Shown piece after piece: positions 62,601 through 64,000 of a stretch of DNA of 64,000 bases (the first letter of the stretch is position 1; the number at the start of each line of letters is the position of its first letter). Made by a program: the position numbers and the translations under genes. Location: positions 15,013,675 through 15,077,674 of the forward strand of contig OZ037768.1 of assembly GCA_964035545.1 (NCBI GenBank), given 5' to 3'. Source of the stretch: Bugula neritina. Its lineage: Eukaryota > Animalia > Bryozoa. A model generated the notes under the pieces. The model made no database searches. It was not told the DNA's origin and was given only the letters and a program-made list of their open reading frames with translations.

Positions 62601-64000
62601 ATACTGCAACATACTGAAACACATTGTAAGATACTGAAATACACTGCAACATACCGCAGCATACTGCAACGTATTGAAATACACTGTAACATATTGAAAA
62701 ACACTGCAACACATTGAAATATACCGCAACATACCGAAGTATATGGTAGCCTACTGAAATATACTGCGACATACTGAAATACACTGTAACGTACTGAAAT
62801 ACACTGCAACATACTGAAATACACTGTAACATATTGAAATACACTGCAACACACTGAAATATACTGAAACATACCGAAATATATGGTAACCCACTGAAAT
62901 CTGTTGCAAACCACTGAAATATACTGCAACATACTGCAACATAATGAATAATACTGCAACATACTGAAATATACTGCAAGATACTGCAACATACTGATAC
63001 ACATTGTAAGATACTGAAATACACTGCAAAGTACCGCAACATACTGCAACGTATTGAAATACACTGTAACACATTGAAAAACACTGCAACACATTGAAAT
63101 ACACTGCAACACATTGAAATATTCCGCAACATACCGAAATATATGGTAAGCTAATGAGATATATTGTAACACGTTGAAGTACACTGCAACATACTGAAAT
63201 ACACTGCAACACACTAAATTATACTGTAATTTACAGAAATGTACTGCAACATACTGAAATATACTGCAAGATACTGCAACATACTGAAATACACTGTAAC
63301 ATACTGAAATACACTGCAACATACTGAAATATACTGCATGATACTGCAACATACTGATACACATTGTAAGATACTGAAATGCACTGCAACATACTGAAAC
63401 ATACTGCATGATACTGCAACATACTCATACACATTGTAAGATACTGAAATACACTGCAACATACCGCAACATACTGCAACGTATTGAAATACACTGTAAC
63501 ATATTGAAAAACACTGCAACACATTGAAACATACTGCAACACACTGAAATATACTGCGACACATTGAAATATAGTGCAACATACTGAAATATGCTGTAGC
63601 ATACTGAAATACACTGCAATACACTGAAGTATACTGTAATATACAGAAACGTACTGTAACATACTGAAACCTACGGCAATATACTACAATATACTGTGAC
63701 ACATTGAAGTATACTGCAACGTACTGAAATACACCGTAACATACTGAAATACACTGCAACATACTGAAATACACTGTAACATATTGAAATACACTGCAAC
63801 ACACTGAAATATACTGAAACATACCGAAATATATGGTAACCTACTGAAATATGTTGCAAACCACTAAAACATACTGCATCATCCTGCAACAAAATGAAAT
63901 ATACGGTAACACTGAAGCATACTGCAATATACTGAAATATACTGTAACATACTAAGACATACTGCAACATACCAAAAATATGGTAACCTACTGAAATATG
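56651..64000. repeat. 10-bp-monomer satellite array, right arm (runs off the right window edge)
   Basis: Same monomers, modules and orientation as the left arm. It resumes exactly inside the interrupted CTGCATC|ATCCTGCAACAAAATG module. Confidence 0.99.
58690..62720. repeat. Tandem higher-order unit of ~2027 bp followed by an internally deleted 1647-bp copy and a partial third copy
   Basis: ORF twins offset by 2017 (59070/61087, 59290/61307), then by 1647 (60207/61854, 60516/62163). Shared variants include CTTCATTATAC, GGAATACATCG and CAACAGAATG. Boundaries are approximate. Confidence 0.82.

Noticed and set aside
268-63970. Hundreds of minus-strand Cys/Tyr/Val/Gln-rich ORFs (up to 332 aa)
   Set aside because: They overlap in all three minus frames with the same pseudo-peptides (MLQYVAVCCSIFQ). 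The + strand monomers rarely contain TTA/CTA/TCA, so the minus strand lacks stops, and CAT supplies abundant ATGs. Frames are broken by the 8-bp monomers. This is a repeat artefact.
1-64000. CRISPR array or repeat-spacer system
   Set aside because: The sequence between the recurring landmark motifs is itself the same 10-mer satellite and is repeated. There are no unique spacers and no cas genes.
1-64000. Telomeric repeat, or a definite centromere or species assignment
   Set aside because: The monomer has no G-run telomere motif and is highly variable. Centromere function and organism cannot be determined from this sequence alone.
1-64000. Inversions within the array
   Set aside because: I saw no reverse-complement monomer tracts (GTTGCAGTAT-type) on the + strand. 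The short TATGTTGCA word is an in-phase variant within the landmark module.

Overview
This window has no credible genes. About 99% of it is one head-to-tail satellite array in a single orientation, built from ~10-bp monomers (ATACTGCAAC / ATACTGAAAT / ACACTGCAAC / ACACTGTAAC). The array has three tiers. The 10-mers carry 20- and 40-bp sub-periods; these form modules of a few hundred bp anchored on an ATATGGTAACC landmark; and the modules sit inside recent, nested, in-register tandem duplications of about 588, 1287, 2027/1647, 2297, 5551 and 6879/6629 bp. The only non-satellite sequence is a 757-bp non-autonomous DNA transposon at 55894-56650. It has perfect 19-bp TIRs (CACAGGATAGTTAAGGGCA), a 2-bp TC target-site duplication and a diverged 181-bp internal duplication, and it best fits the CMC/EnSpm (CACTA) group. 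All minus-strand ORFs in the track are artefacts of the repeat. The DNA looks like eukaryotic, probably animal, heterochromatin; that is an inference, and I cannot name the species or the satellite family. I found no protein-coding system. Coordinates and offsets were read by eye and from the ORF track, not computed by alignment.
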